Below, one piece after another: positions 19,746-29,847 of a stretch of DNA of 64,000 nt. A program made the translations under genes and the position numbers. How positions within the stretch are numbered: position 1 is the stretch's first letter; each line of letters begins with the position of its first letter. The notes under the pieces are model-generated. The model was not told the origin of the DNA, ran no database searches, and saw only the letters and a list, made by a program, of their open reading frames with translations. Origin of the DNA: Candidatus Binataceae bacterium. Its GTDB lineage: Bacteria > Desulfobacterota > Binatia > Binatales > Binataceae. The stretch is taken from assembly GCA_015478645.1 (NCBI GenBank), contig JADMIL010000002.1, forward strand, positions 74,523 through 138,522. The letters run 5' to 3'.

Positions 19746-21881
19746 TCAACGTGGCGGCGCGATCGGCGCAAGGTCAGCGGCGCGGGCGGGCGGCGCAGCA
19801 GCGCCGTGCGCGAGCGTGTTGCGGTCGAAGGCGATTACCAGTTGGCGCATGAAGGTGTCGCCATGCGGCGGTACGGCGAGTTCGCGCGGCCAGGGAAAAT
19901 AGATCCGCGCCGCGCGATCGCGATAGCGCGCGATGAGCGGCTCGAGCGCCGCGTACGATCCGACCACGCCGACGCCGATGCGGCCGTCGCCGAGCGGTCC
20001 GAGGAACAGGCCGTTGGCGGTGCGTATCGCCGCCTCGTTGACCGATCCGGGCGGAATCAGGCCGAGCGTCTGCAGGCGCATCGGCGTGAGCCGGGCCGGG
20101 TCGCCGCCGGCGGCGAGGTAGCTCCGGGTCGCGGCGACCATCGCATCGAAACGCGCGGCGTCGGCGCGGCGCTCCATCGCAAGCGCCGTCAGCCCGCTCC
20201 AGGGTGCGAGATCGGCCGGCGTGAAACGGTAGAGGGCGACCCCGCCGGTGGCGATCGGCGCCACGTGCAGGTCCGTCAATAGCGGCTCCCAGAGTGGACG
20301 AACGCGATCGTCGACGATTATCGCGGTGACCGCGTGATAGGCCAGAAACGCCTTTAGCTGATCGCCGAAGCCGGGGATCGTGGTCTGGTAGAAGAGCGCG
20401 TTGACCGCCGGCCAGCGCTGAAATTCGCGCGGCATGATACTGGTCCAGCCGCCCGCCATGCGGAAATACATCCCGGACTCGGCCTGCCACAGCATGCTCG
20501 GGCCGCCGGCGCCGTAGGGCAGGATGACGACCGTCGCGTCGGGCGCGAGGTCGCCGCGAAAGCCGCCATCCGCGAAAAACGCCGGATTGTCGAGCGGGCG
20601 CGCCCAGAAGGCGGCGGCCGGATTGGGCGCGAAGCATATGACGATCGCGGCGGCGGCGACGGTCCTGGCGCGCGCGTCCGGGCCGTCGCTCGCGAACCAC
20701 AGCGCCGCGACGATCGCCAGCGCGAGATCGGCATACATCGGAAAGCGCGCCGGCAGCGCATTGTTGATCAGCGGCAGATGCTGGATGAGCTTCCAGGGCA
20801 TCCCGAAGAGCGTCGCACCGGCGAGATGGAGGCGCGGGCCGAGCGCGGCGAGCATCGCGACCGCGGCAAAGTAAATCAGGAGACGCGTGCGCGGCTCGTG
20901 CCAATGCGCGCGGGCGTAGGCGATCGCAATGACGATGAGCGGAATACTCAAGCAGGCGCCGGTCTCGACCATCGCACCGGGAAAGCGGCGCGAGATGGCG
21001 GCGAGGATGGCGAGGCCGCCGATCGCGTTGGCCGGTGTCGGAATAATAAAGTTGAGCAGGTCGGCCGAGTAGGCGGCGGGCGAATTGATCGGCGAATGCG
21101 GAAAGCCGGGCTGAAAGAAATAGTAGAGGTACGGCGAGACGATCGCGAGCATGGCGGCGTAGCTCGCGGCGAGCGGTGCGGCCAGCGCCACGATCCTCCG
21201 GCGCGCGTCGTCGGTGCCGATCGCATAGGCGATCGCGAGCGCGATCGCGCCGAAAAAAGTCATCGTCGCGAACATCTCGAGCGAGAGCATGAACGACGCC
21301 GCCAGCGTCAGCGCCATCAGCGCGGCAAAGCGGGCCGCGCGCAACTCGCCGTCGAGCCGGCGCAGCACGAGATGGATCGCGAGCGGCACCGGGAAGATCA
21401 GGATGAGCAGCAGATGGGCGCGAATCTCGGCCAGTACGTAGGCCGAGAAGCCGAAGACGTAGCCGCCGCCGAACGCCGGCCACCAGCGCCCGCATAATCG
21501 CCGGCAGAGCAGGAACGCGGTCCATCCGGCGAGCGCGGGGCTGACCAGACAGAGGACGTTGTACGCGACCACTGGACCGTAGCGCGCGGTGAGCGGCGCC
21601 GCGATAACTCCGGCCAGCGGGATGCCGGTGGTCCAGGTGAGATTGAAGCCGCCGGGCGCCCATAGCCGATCGGTGATGAAGGGATTGAGATGCGCGGCGA
21701 TCGCATGCGGCCACCAGACCAGAAACCACATGTAGACCGACGGGTCGGCGGTCAGGCCGATCGCCGACGCGGCGGGATCGTGCGCGAGGGCGCGGCCGAA
21801 GTACAGCGTCGCGAGTGCGAGATAGATGGCGAAGGCGGCCAGACCGCCGCGATCGCGGATGCGCCCGGAGCTATTTTGCAA
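19746..21881 (-). CDS. large GT-C-like multi-pass membrane protein (start uncertain; ORF open to 22100)
   Basis: DPSVYMWFLVWW...NPFITDRLWAPGGFNLTWTT after the first TM, about 12 TM helices, C-terminal soluble domain. Confidence 0.6.
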   Translation of the reverse strand: MQNSSGRIRDRGGLAAFAIYLALATLYFGRALAHDPAASAIGLTADPSVYMWFLVWWPHAIAAHLNPFITDRLWAPGGFNLTWTTGIPLAGVIAAPLTARYGPVVAYNVLCLVSPALAGWTAFLLCRRLCGRWWPAFGGGYVFGFSAYVLAEIRAHLLLILIFPVPLAIHLVLRRLDGELRAARFAALMALTLAASFMLSLEMFATMTFFGAIALAIAYAIGTDDARRRIVALAAPLAASYAAMLAIVSPYLYYFFQPGFPHSPINSPAAYSADLLNFIIPTPANAIGGLAILAAISRRFPGAMVETGACLSIPLIVIAIAYARAHWHEPRTRLLIYFAAVAMLAALGPRLHLAGATLFGMPWKLIQHLPLINNALPARFPMYADLALAIVAALWFASDGPDARARTVAAAAIVICFAPNPAAAFWARPLDNPAFFADGGFRGDLAPDATVVILPYGAGGPSMLWQAESGMYFRMAGGWTSIMPREFQRWPAVNALFYQTTIPGFGDQLKAFLAYHAVTAIIVDDRVRPLWEPLLTDLHVAPIATGGVALYRFTPADLAPWSGLTALAMERRADAARFDAMVAATRSYLAAGGDPARLTPMRLQTLGLIPPGSVNEAAIRTANGLFLGPLGDGRIGVGVVGSYAALEPLIARYRDRAARIYFPWPRELAVPPHGDTFMRQLVIAFDRNTLAHGAAAPPARAADLAPIAPPR

Positions 21882-22105
21882 AGCGGTCCACCAGTCGGGT
21901 TCGCACTGAATTCGGTTCGCGCCCGGCGCGTCGCGGCCGGGGCGAAAGCCTAAGCCTAATTGGCGCGCGCGACGGGTCCAAGCGGCGGCGCATACTTGCT
22001 TTGCCGGCCCCGCTCCGGCACAAGAATCATGCGCAATAACGCTCGCCGCCGCGCCGCCCGCGCGACCGACCGCAAGGCGCTTGAGCGCGCGATGGCGCAT
22101 CGCCG

Positions 22106-22864
22106 ATGGAAGCCCACGCCGAACTGATCCCCCTGCTCGAGACGCTCTATGCGTCGCGCAATCCGACCCGCCGCTGGCTCCATTGCACGCGCCGCGACTG
22201 GATTATCGCGAAGCTCGGCGAAGCTGCGCGGGCTGGTGCGCGCCGCGCGCTCGAGGTCGGCTTCGGCGCGGGGGTCTATCTGCCGGCGCTGGCGGCGAAC
22301 TTCATCGAGGCGGTCGCGACCGACCTCGACGACGCGCATCTCGAGCACGCGCAAGCGATCGCGGCGCGCTATCCGAATCTGCGGCTGGCGCGCGACAACC
22401 TTCTCGCTTCGCACTTGCCGGCGGCGAGTTTCGACCTGGTCCTGTGCAGCGAGGTGATCGAGCATATCCCCGATACGGCGGGCGCATTGGCGGCGATGCG
22501 CCGGTTGCTGGTGCCGGGCGGATGGCTGGTACTCTCGACGCCGCAGCGCTTCAGCCTGATGGAACTCGCGTGCAAGGTCGCGTTTCTGCCGGGCGTGATC
22601 GGCGTCGTGCGTAAAATCTACGGCGAGGCGGTGTTCGAGACCGGGCATATCAACCTGATGACGGCGCGGAGCGCCGAGGCGGCGATCGCGGCGGCGGGCT
22701 TTACGATTCGCGAGCGCTACAAGTCCGGGATGTATATCCCGCTGGTGGCGGAATTTGCCGGCGCGCGTGGGCTGGGCTGGGCGCAATCGAGCGAGCGGCG
22801 CTTGCGCGGCGGCGCGCTGGATTGGATGCTCTGGACGCAGTATTACGTCGCCGAAGCGAGCTAG
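22106..22864 (+). CDS. class I SAM-dependent methyltransferase
   Basis: LEVGFGAG, FDLVLCSEVIEHI, LVPGGWLVLSTP. Confidence 0.9.
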   Translation: MEAHAELIPLLETLYASRNPTRRWLHCTRRDWIIAKLGEAARAGARRALEVGFGAGVYLPALAANFIEAVATDLDDAHLEHAQAIAARYPNLRLARDNLLASHLPAASFDLVLCSEVIEHIPDTAGALAAMRRLLVPGGWLVLSTPQRFSLMELACKVAFLPGVIGVVRKIYGEAVFETGHINLMTARSAEAAIAAAGFTIRERYKSGMYIPLVAEFAGARGLGWAQSSERRLRGGALDWMLWTQYYVAEAS

Positions 22865-22972
22865 GGAACCTCTGCACAAGTTAGGTTGTCATTCTGAATG
22901 CAGCGAAGAATCCCGGATCCGGGACCCCTTCGCTTCGCTCAGGGTGACAGCAGAGCCTGGTGCAGAGGTTCC
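22861..22972 (+). mobile_element. MITE-like repeat, copy 1
   Basis: CTAG + GGAACCTCTGCAC ... GTGCAGAGGTTCC terminal inverted repeats; internal arms GTCATTCTGA..CAGCGAAGAATCCCGGATCCGGGA..CTCAGGGTGAC; reverse complement of copies 2 and 3. Confidence 0.85.
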
Positions 22973-23005
22973 CGGGAGAGCGCCAATGCAAATGGGGGGA
23001 GCGAA

Positions 23006-23590
23006 ATGAAATCCGGGCTTTCGCCGTTGCGTTACCTGGCGCTGATCGCGCTGGTCGGATGCGCCAGTGCGGCCACCGAACATCAATCGCGCGACATCAT
23101 CCTCTATCCCACGCCGGCCACCACGCCGGGCGCGCCACGCTTCGTCAGCGCCGACGGCGCCGCGAGCGCCGGTCCCAACGACTGGGTGATGGTCGCGGAG
23201 AAGCAGGCGGCGGGCAACTGGACCGTGCGCGACTACGTGCATAAGGGGCAGAGCGCCGAAAACTGGACCGAACTGGTCACCTATATGAATACCGGCAAGC
23301 CTGGCGATTCGCCGGCCGAGTTCGCGCAGCGGCAGGCGGCGAACCTGGTTAAGCAATGCCCCGGCGCGTCGACCACGATCCAAAGCCAGAGCGCTGGCGA
23401 AGTGACCTATGAAGCCAGGACCGGCGGCTGCGCGAGCGTGGGGAGCCAGGACACGATCACGCGCGCAATCTACGCTAGCGACAATATGTTTCTAATATCC
23501 TACACGGCGAAGACCGGCGACCTGACGCCGGCCCAGCGCGCCGCCGCGCAGCGGATGCTCGCGGGGTTCACGCTGCAGCCACGGTCCTGA
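23006..23590 (+). CDS. hypothetical lipoprotein
   Basis: MKSGLSPLRYLALIALVGC lipobox; G-rich RBS before ATG 23006. Confidence 0.75.
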   Translation: MKSGLSPLRYLALIALVGCASAATEHQSRDIILYPTPATTPGAPRFVSADGAASAGPNDWVMVAEKQAAGNWTVRDYVHKGQSAENWTELVTYMNTGKPGDSPAEFAQRQAANLVKQCPGASTTIQSQSAGEVTYEARTGGCASVGSQDTITRAIYASDNMFLISYTAKTGDLTPAQRAAAQRMLAGFTLQPRS

Positions 23591-23615
23591 CGCGCGCGGG
23601 CGCACCGGCGATCGT

Positions 23616-25418
23616 TCACTTCGGCGGCGCCACGCGTTCGAGCAGGATTCGCGCGCCGTTGTTGTCGAGCGGCGGCGAGGTGAGGATCGTTGTGAAGCAG
23701 GCGCGCGCGGCCGGATTGGCGGCGGCGAAATCCCGCGCGCGGGCGACCACGTAGCGCGGCGCGCCGGCATCGGCGCATTGCAGATGATAAATCGGCGTGA
23801 GCGGCCGCGGCGAATAGAAATTCAGATCGCAGTCGCTGAGCCCGAGATGGGCGACCGCGGCGCCGGGCGGCACGGTGCGCGTGACCGCGCGGGCAAAGCC
23901 GCGCAGCGTCTCGCGATCGGCCAGCGCCGGATTCATCACGGCGAACCAGAAGAGCGCACTGGCCGCCGCGATCGCGCATACGCCGGCGGTCGCGCGGTCG
24001 GGCCGGCGGCGGACGATACCGCTCAGCACGATTGCGGCGCCGGCGGCCGACCCGGCGATCCAGGCGAGCAGCGAGAACGCGCGATGCGCCGCGAGCGCGG
24101 CGAAAATCCCGATGAAGCGCCGATCGGTCTGATGAAGGTGCGCAGCGAGCGCGGCGGGGAGGCCGACGATCACGGCGAGCGCCGCGCCGACGACGATCGC
24201 GATAGCGCCGGCGGCGATCGCCGCGTTGGCCGAGGTGAAGGCGATCGCGAGTGCGCGATCGCCTTCCCGTGCGGCATCGGTGTCGAGCGGCGGCGCGGCG
24301 ACGCGCCCGCCCGGCGCCAGCCCGGCGGGTGTGCGCGCGATTGCGCGGGCGGCGGCATCAATCGCGATCCCGGTCAGCATCGCAAGCGGCGGAAAAGCCG
24401 GTAATATGTAGACCAGGCATTTGCCCTGCGACGACGAGAAAAAAATAAAAATCGCGGCGAACCAGCAGAGCGTGTAGACCGCCGGTTCGGGCAGCGCGCG
24501 CCCGCGCCGCGGCCACAGATAGATCGCGGCGGCGGGCAGATAGGCGCTCCATGGGATGAAGCCAGTAATCGTGTGCGGGACGAAGTACCAGAACGGATGC
24601 GCGCAATAGCCGGCGCCGCCGGCGTCGGTCGGCAGGAAGCGGCTCCACAGGTTCATCGCGAGCTGCCATTGGAGGAATTTCGCGCCGCCCTCGGCGTAGG
24701 CCGCGACATACCAGGCGAGACCGATCGCGAGGCCCGCGGTGAAGGTCACGATCAAGTTGAGGCGAAACATGTCCCGCAGGCGCATCCGCCAAAGCAGATA
24801 GAGTCCTGCCGCGAGGCCCGGCAGGAGGATGCCGAGCACGCCCTTGGTGAGGATGCCGAGGCCGATCATCAAAGCGGCGAGCGCGAAGGTGGCGCGCCTC
24901 GATTTGCGCGCGCCGGCCGCGTCCGCTGAATTCGCGGCGGGCGATGGGCGCAGGGCGCGCTCGAGCAGCATCGCGGCGGCGGTGACGAACAGCGCCAGTA
25001 GCGAATCCATCCGTGGCTGGCGCGCGGCGTCGAGAAAGAAATGGCAGAGCAGCAGCGCGGCCGTGGCCATCAGAGCGGCGCGGCGGCCGAAGGCGATCGA
25101 TCCCCACACGAAGATGATCGCGCAGGTCATCGCGGCGGCGAGGATCGCCGGCATCCGCAGCGCGATTTCACTCCAGCCGAGGACGCGCACGCCGAGCGCC
25201 GCGGTCCACCAATAGAGCGGCGGCACGTGAACCATCGGCCCGGGGATGAAGTGCGGCAGGACGAGATGGCCGGCGAGCACGTCGCGCACCGCCCCCGATT
25301 CGCATACGCCGAGTTCGCCGACAAACGGGGCGGACGGCGCCAGCGTCAGCAGGAAGGCGAGGGCGGCGGCGAAGGCGGCCAGTCCCTCGAGCAGAATCGG
25401 GCGCAGCTTAGTTCGCAT
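23616..25418 (-). CDS. ArnT/PMT-family (GT83/GT39-like) glycosyltransferase
   Basis: HVPPLYWW, EIALRMP, ARQPRMD, LTKG, HPFWYF, KCLVYILPAFP. Confidence 0.85.
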   Translation of the reverse strand: MRTKLRPILLEGLAAFAAALAFLLTLAPSAPFVGELGVCESGAVRDVLAGHLVLPHFIPGPMVHVPPLYWWTAALGVRVLGWSEIALRMPAILAAAMTCAIIFVWGSIAFGRRAALMATAALLLCHFFLDAARQPRMDSLLALFVTAAAMLLERALRPSPAANSADAAGARKSRRATFALAALMIGLGILTKGVLGILLPGLAAGLYLLWRMRLRDMFRLNLIVTFTAGLAIGLAWYVAAYAEGGAKFLQWQLAMNLWSRFLPTDAGGAGYCAHPFWYFVPHTITGFIPWSAYLPAAAIYLWPRRGRALPEPAVYTLCWFAAIFIFFSSSQGKCLVYILPAFPPLAMLTGIAIDAAARAIARTPAGLAPGGRVAAPPLDTDAAREGDRALAIAFTSANAAIAAGAIAIVVGAALAVIVGLPAALAAHLHQTDRRFIGIFAALAAHRAFSLLAWIAGSAAGAAIVLSGIVRRRPDRATAGVCAIAAASALFWFAVMNPALADRETLRGFARAVTRTVPPGAAVAHLGLSDCDLNFYSPRPLTPIYHLQCADAGAPRYVVARARDFAAANPAARACFTTILTSPPLDNNGARILLERVAPPK

Positions 25419-26202
25419 TGCGGGCCGGAAGTGGTGCGGCGGCCGTGGCGGACGCGGCCCGCGGGGCGCGCGCGATCACGATCAGCGAGACGCCGAAGGG
25501 CACCGGGATGCGGCCGAGCAGATGGCGCTCGCTGGCGAAGATGCGCCGCAGCATTGTGTTGAGCGCCGCGGGCGGCATCGCAAGATCGTGGCGGCCGGCG
25601 GCCTCGAGCGGTGCGCGCGAGCGCATCCGTTGCAGAAGGCGCGCGCCGGCGATCGCGGGAAAGAGCATGAAGTTGTAGTAGCTCAGGCGGACGACCTCGA
25701 AGCCGGCGGCGATCACGACGCGGCGCAACTCGCCCGCGCGGTAGCGGCGGCGATGATGATGGGTCACGTCGTGCGCGCTCCACAGCCAGGGCGTCGCCGG
25801 CACGGTCATCAGGAGCGCGCCGCCGGGCGTGAGGCGCGCGCGTACGGCGCCGAGTGCGCCGGCCGGGTCGTCGAGATGCTCGAGCACGTCGGTCATCACG
25901 ACCAGGTCGAAGCGCAAATCGCCGAACGGAATGTCGCCGGGCAGCGTGCCGCGCGCGAGTTGCGCAAGGCCGCGGCGGGCGGCGAAGCCGAGCGCGCTTG
26001 CGTCGGCGTCCATCGCATAGAGGCGGCCGCGCCGCGCGAGCATCGCGAAGTTGCCGCCGGTGCCGCAGCCCGGCTCGAGGATCGCGGCGTCGGGCTGGAG
26101 CTCAAGCTCCGCGATCATCCGATCGACGATCGCGCGGCGCGCGGCGAACCACCAATGGGCGTCCTCGACCTCGGCCATCCGCGGATAGAGACTCGGGTCC
26201 AT
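25408..26202 (-). CDS. class I SAM-dependent methyltransferase
   Basis: EDAHWWFAARR, LEPGCGTG, FDLVVMTDVLEH, LWSAHDVTHHHRRRY. Confidence 0.9.
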   Translation of the reverse strand: MDPSLYPRMAEVEDAHWWFAARRAIVDRMIAELELQPDAAILEPGCGTGGNFAMLARRGRLYAMDADASALGFAARRGLAQLARGTLPGDIPFGDLRFDLVVMTDVLEHLDDPAGALGAVRARLTPGGALLMTVPATPWLWSAHDVTHHHRRRYRAGELRRVVIAAGFEVVRLSYYNFMLFPAIAGARLLQRMRSRAPLEAAGRHDLAMPPAALNTMLRRIFASERHLLGRIPVPFGVSLIVIARAPRAASATAAAPLPARNAN

Positions 26203-26225
26203 CAGGATGCGAAACGGCACGCCGC

Positions 26226-27239
26226 CTAGCGCGGATCGGCGCCGAAGCCCCACGAATCGCGCACGATATAGAGCGGGCGGCCCTTCACTTCGTTATAGGT
26301 GCGGGCTAGGTACTCGCCGATAATCCCGAGCGAGATGAGCTGCACGCCGCCGAAGAACAGCACGGCGACCATCAGCGACGCGTAGCCGGGCACCGCGATG
26401 CCGCGGACCATCACCAGTCCCGCCAGAAACAGGGCGTAGAGAAACGCAAACAATGAGATTACCACGCCGATGTAGCTCCAGATCTTGAGCGGCATCGAGC
26501 TGAACGAGGTGATCGCATCGAGCGCGAAGTTCCACAGCCGCCAGTAGCCCCATTTGGTCGAGCCGGCGGCGCGCGGATCGCGATCGTAGGTCAGCGGCGT
26601 GGCCTTGAAGCCGGCCCACGCGAACAGCCCCTTCATGAAGCGGGTGCGCTCGGGCAGGCGCACGAGCACGTCGACCACGCGCCGGTCGAGCAGGCGGAAG
26701 TCGCCGGTGTCGCGCGGAATGGGAAAGTCGGTGATGCGGTCGAAGACGCGGTAGAAGTAGCGCGCGGTGAGGCGCTTGAGCCAACTGTCACTCTCGCGGC
26801 GCCGGCGTGTGGCATAAACGATGTCGAAGCCCTCGCGCCATTTCGCGATCAGCGCCTCGATCAGTTCGGGCGGGTCTTGCAGGTCGGCGTCGATCGGAAT
26901 CACGGCGGCGCCGCGCGCGTAATCGAAGCCCGCGCTGAGCGCTACGTCCTTGCCGAAATTGCGCGACAGGCTGACCACCTTGATCGCGGGGTCGGCCGCA
27001 TAGCGGGTCGTGAGGCGCGCGAGGCTGTCGTCGGTGCTGCCGTCGTTGACGCAGATCACTTCCCAGGTGGTGCCGAGGCGCGCCAGCACCGGCATCAGGC
27101 GGGCGAAAAATTCGTCGAGCACGGCGGCTTCGTTATGCACCGGCACCACGATCGAAAGCTCGACCGGCGCGGGTGCCGCGCCGAGCGCGCCGGCCGCGGC
27201 GGGGCGAGTGATGGCGGAGATTAGCGTGGCGGCGGGCAT
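26226..27239 (-). CDS. GT2 polyprenol-phosphate glycosyltransferase (GtrB/YkoT-like); start 27239 or 27257
   Basis: SIVVPVHNE, VNDGSTD, LSRNFGK, IDADLQDPPE, GDFRLLDR, two C-terminal TMs, RPLYIV. Confidence 0.92.
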   Translation of the reverse strand: MPAATLISAITRPAAAGALGAAPAPVELSIVVPVHNEAAVLDEFFARLMPVLARLGTTWEVICVNDGSTDDSLARLTTRYAADPAIKVVSLSRNFGKDVALSAGFDYARGAAVIPIDADLQDPPELIEALIAKWREGFDIVYATRRRRESDSWLKRLTARYFYRVFDRITDFPIPRDTGDFRLLDRRVVDVLVRLPERTRFMKGLFAWAGFKATPLTYDRDPRAAGSTKWGYWRLWNFALDAITSFSSMPLKIWSYIGVVISLFAFLYALFLAGLVMVRGIAVPGYASLMVAVLFFGGVQLISLGIIGEYLARTYNEVKGRPLYIVRDSWGFGADPR

Positions 27240-27287
27240 CTGCGGTGGCGGATTCAAGCTAAGCTCAACGTGAACCTGAAGGGCGCG

Positions 27288-28871
27288 TCAACTGGCGCGC
27301 CGAATCGAAAACAGATCGTAAAAACCCGCCCCGTAGCGCGGATAGCGCGCGATCGGCACCAGGCACGGCGACCCGGCGCCGACGCCCATGCGCCGCTCGT
27401 CGCGATCGCCGATCAGCAGGTAGCCGGCGCCGGCCCGCGCGACGAGCCATCCACAAAGCCCCGCGGACGGCGCGGCGGCCGGCAGCAGAATCAAGCGCGC
27501 ATCCGCATAATAGGCCACGCGGCCGTCGGCCGCGACCACCGCGCCACGCCCGCCCGCCGGATCGCGCGCCGTGCGCCGCGCGATCTCGTCGCCGGCGTAG
27601 CGCATACCGCGCATATCGTAGCCGATCGGCCAGAGCGTCTGCGGAAGCATCGCGAGTGCCAGCACGACGGCCGGCGCGCAGGCCGGATAGCGGACCCAGC
27701 GGGCGCGCGCGGCACCCTTGGCCAGTATGCCCGAGAGCGCTTCGAGGCCGAGCATGATCCAGCCGAAGGTGTAGGGGATCAGATGGACCATGAAGCGCGT
27801 GCCGGTATAGGAGAACGAGAACCCGCAGACATAAAAGGCGGTCAGCAGCAGGAGCATCGCCTCGGCGAAGTTCGCCATCAGGGCGCGTCCGCGCGACCAT
27901 AGGCCGAGCGCCAGCAGCACGGCCGCGATCGGACCCAGCGCCTGCGCGAAGCCGTAGAGCGAGGCCAGGAAATCGCCCGCGACTTTCCGCATATAGAGGC
28001 GCGGGTCTTCGAACAGCGGGGCGAGCGGCGAGGCCTGGGTCGAGTAGCCGCGCAATTGCCATTGCTGGGTGTTGTGCGCGACTTCGCCCATCCCGTACAT
28101 CATAGCGGCGGTGAACTCGCGGCCGATCGACCAATGGCCCTGGCTGACGCGCAGATAGATCAGGTAGGGCGCCGCGACGATCAGGAAGGCGGCGGCGAAC
28201 AGCGCCGCGGCGCGGATCGCCCAGCCGAGCGTCCAGCGCCGCCACAGCGGCGCGCCGGCCACGATGAAGCCGGTACCGAAGACCAGCATCCCGATGCCCT
28301 CGGTGCGATAGAGATAGGCGATGCCGCCGAGGGCGCCGGCCGCGGCCATCAGCCGCAGGCGCCCTCGGCGCAGCCCGAGCACCAGCACCGCGGCCGCCGC
28401 CGTCATCCAGAGGATAAAGCCGGCCTCGGTCCGCACCGAGGCGGAATAGGCGGCCAACTCGGGATCGATCGCGGCCAGGATCGCCGCGCCGATCGCGAGA
28501 TCGTGGCGGGCGAAGGCCGCGCGCGTCAAGGCATAGATCGTGGCGACGGCGGCGGTGCCCGCGATCGCCGAGACCAGGTTGCCCGCCATCTCCCAGCCGG
28601 GCACGGCAAGGTGCGCGACCGCGATCAGCCACGGGTAGAGCGGCGAAAAGACCGCGTCGAGCGCCTGGGTGGGCGCCCCGGCGGCGAACTCCCGCGCCAT
28701 CGCGAGGTAGGCGACGCCGTCGCCCGCGATACAATAGCTGGTCAGGCTCAGGTAGAGCCGAATCGCCAGGGCGACCGCCAGCGTAATCGCGAGGGCGGCC
28801 CGAGGCGGGCAATCCTCGACGATCCGCGGAAGCCATCGCAGGCCCGCCGCGCTGTCGCTCGGGAAATCCAT
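27288..28871 (-). CDS. GT39/ArnT-like membrane glycosyltransferase
   Basis: GDGVAYLAMA after the first TM, FSPLYPWL, SVRTEAGF, YLYRTEG. Confidence 0.75.
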   Translation of the reverse strand: MDFPSDSAAGLRWLPRIVEDCPPRAALAITLAVALAIRLYLSLTSYCIAGDGVAYLAMAREFAAGAPTQALDAVFSPLYPWLIAVAHLAVPGWEMAGNLVSAIAGTAAVATIYALTRAAFARHDLAIGAAILAAIDPELAAYSASVRTEAGFILWMTAAAAVLVLGLRRGRLRLMAAAGALGGIAYLYRTEGIGMLVFGTGFIVAGAPLWRRWTLGWAIRAAALFAAAFLIVAAPYLIYLRVSQGHWSIGREFTAAMMYGMGEVAHNTQQWQLRGYSTQASPLAPLFEDPRLYMRKVAGDFLASLYGFAQALGPIAAVLLALGLWSRGRALMANFAEAMLLLLTAFYVCGFSFSYTGTRFMVHLIPYTFGWIMLGLEALSGILAKGAARARWVRYPACAPAVVLALAMLPQTLWPIGYDMRGMRYAGDEIARRTARDPAGGRGAVVAADGRVAYYADARLILLPAAAPSAGLCGWLVARAGAGYLLIGDRDERRMGVGAGSPCLVPIARYPRYGAGFYDLFSIRRAS

Positions 28872-28996
28872 CGCCGGCCTATCTTATGGGTCGGGGCGCG
28901 CCGCTAAAAGCTGCGCACCGTCCGCGGATCGGCCGGCGATGCCCAAATGTAAACGGAGCCGCTGTACGCCGGGACGCACGGTCCCGATCGCGCGCG

Positions 28997-29197
28997 TTAC
29001 GTGCGCATTACCTTGGCCGCCTGCAATCCTTTGGGGCCCTGCGCCACCTCGAATTGCACCTGTTCGCCCTGCTCGAGCGAACGAAAGCCGTTGCCGTCGA
29101 TGGCGGTGTAATGGACGAAGACTTCCTGGCCGTCATCCATGGTGATGAAGCCGTAGCCCTTTTTGGGACTAAACCATTTGACTACGCCGATAGCCAT
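28997..29197 (-). CDS. cold-shock protein (CspA family)
   Basis: GVVKWF, RNP1 KGYGFI, RNP2 VFVHY, GPKGLQA; 66 aa. Confidence 0.97.
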   Translation of the reverse strand: MAIGVVKWFSPKKGYGFITMDDGQEVFVHYTAIDGNGFRSLEQGEQVQFEVAQGPKGLQAAKVMRT

Positions 29198-29435
29198 TTC
29201 CCCCGAAAACCTCCATACGGAGCAAACTCTGTCCCCTCTGCGCCGCGCGTCATCGACCCCCCCGGGCCTGACGCGACGCAGCTAACGAGCGCTCAATACC
29301 ACAAGGCGGCAACATAACCAAACACCCGCGAATTTTGAGCATGTCGCAATCCACGCCTAACCGACGCTAAAACCGTCCAAGGGTGAGAACGATAGAGCCG
29401 ACCTGATGGACTCGAACGGCGGCGCGTGACGGCGT

Positions 29436-29729
29436 CTACCAGTTGCGCCAGCGCTTGGGCCGCGCATGCATATGGCAGTGGTCGGGTATCTGGCGCATCA
29501 CGCCGTCGATAATAAATTCGTCGGCGCCGTATTTCGCGCGCGCCACCAGCGAGAGCGCGTCGATCATGAAGGCGCGCTCCTCGTCAGTCGGCGCCGCGCG
29601 ATGTGCGCCGAGCACCGCCATCGGCGTGTCGCACGAATCGCAATCGAGAATCGTGAACTTGAACGGCTGGGTGAAGCTCGCGTACCACGGCGTGTATTCC
29701 TTCAGTTCGCACAGATCGCATTTGCCCAT
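29436..29729 (-). CDS. small HIT-like Zn-binding protein
   Basis: CDLC, CDSC and C-terminal HCHMH (HxHxH); 97 aa. Confidence 0.6.
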   Translation of the reverse strand: MGKCDLCELKEYTPWYASFTQPFKFTILDCDSCDTPMAVLGAHRAAPTDEERAFMIDALSLVARAKYGADEFIIDGVMRQIPDHCHMHARPKRWRNW

Positions 29730-29847
29730 GATGGTTCAAAGGCTTAGCGGGAGCTGCGCGGCGCGATCAAGGGCTTGGGCGACGATGCGGCGGGATGTTA
29801 AATGTCGAAGCGAATTGGATAGGCGCGGATTTGCGCAGGAGTGACTT

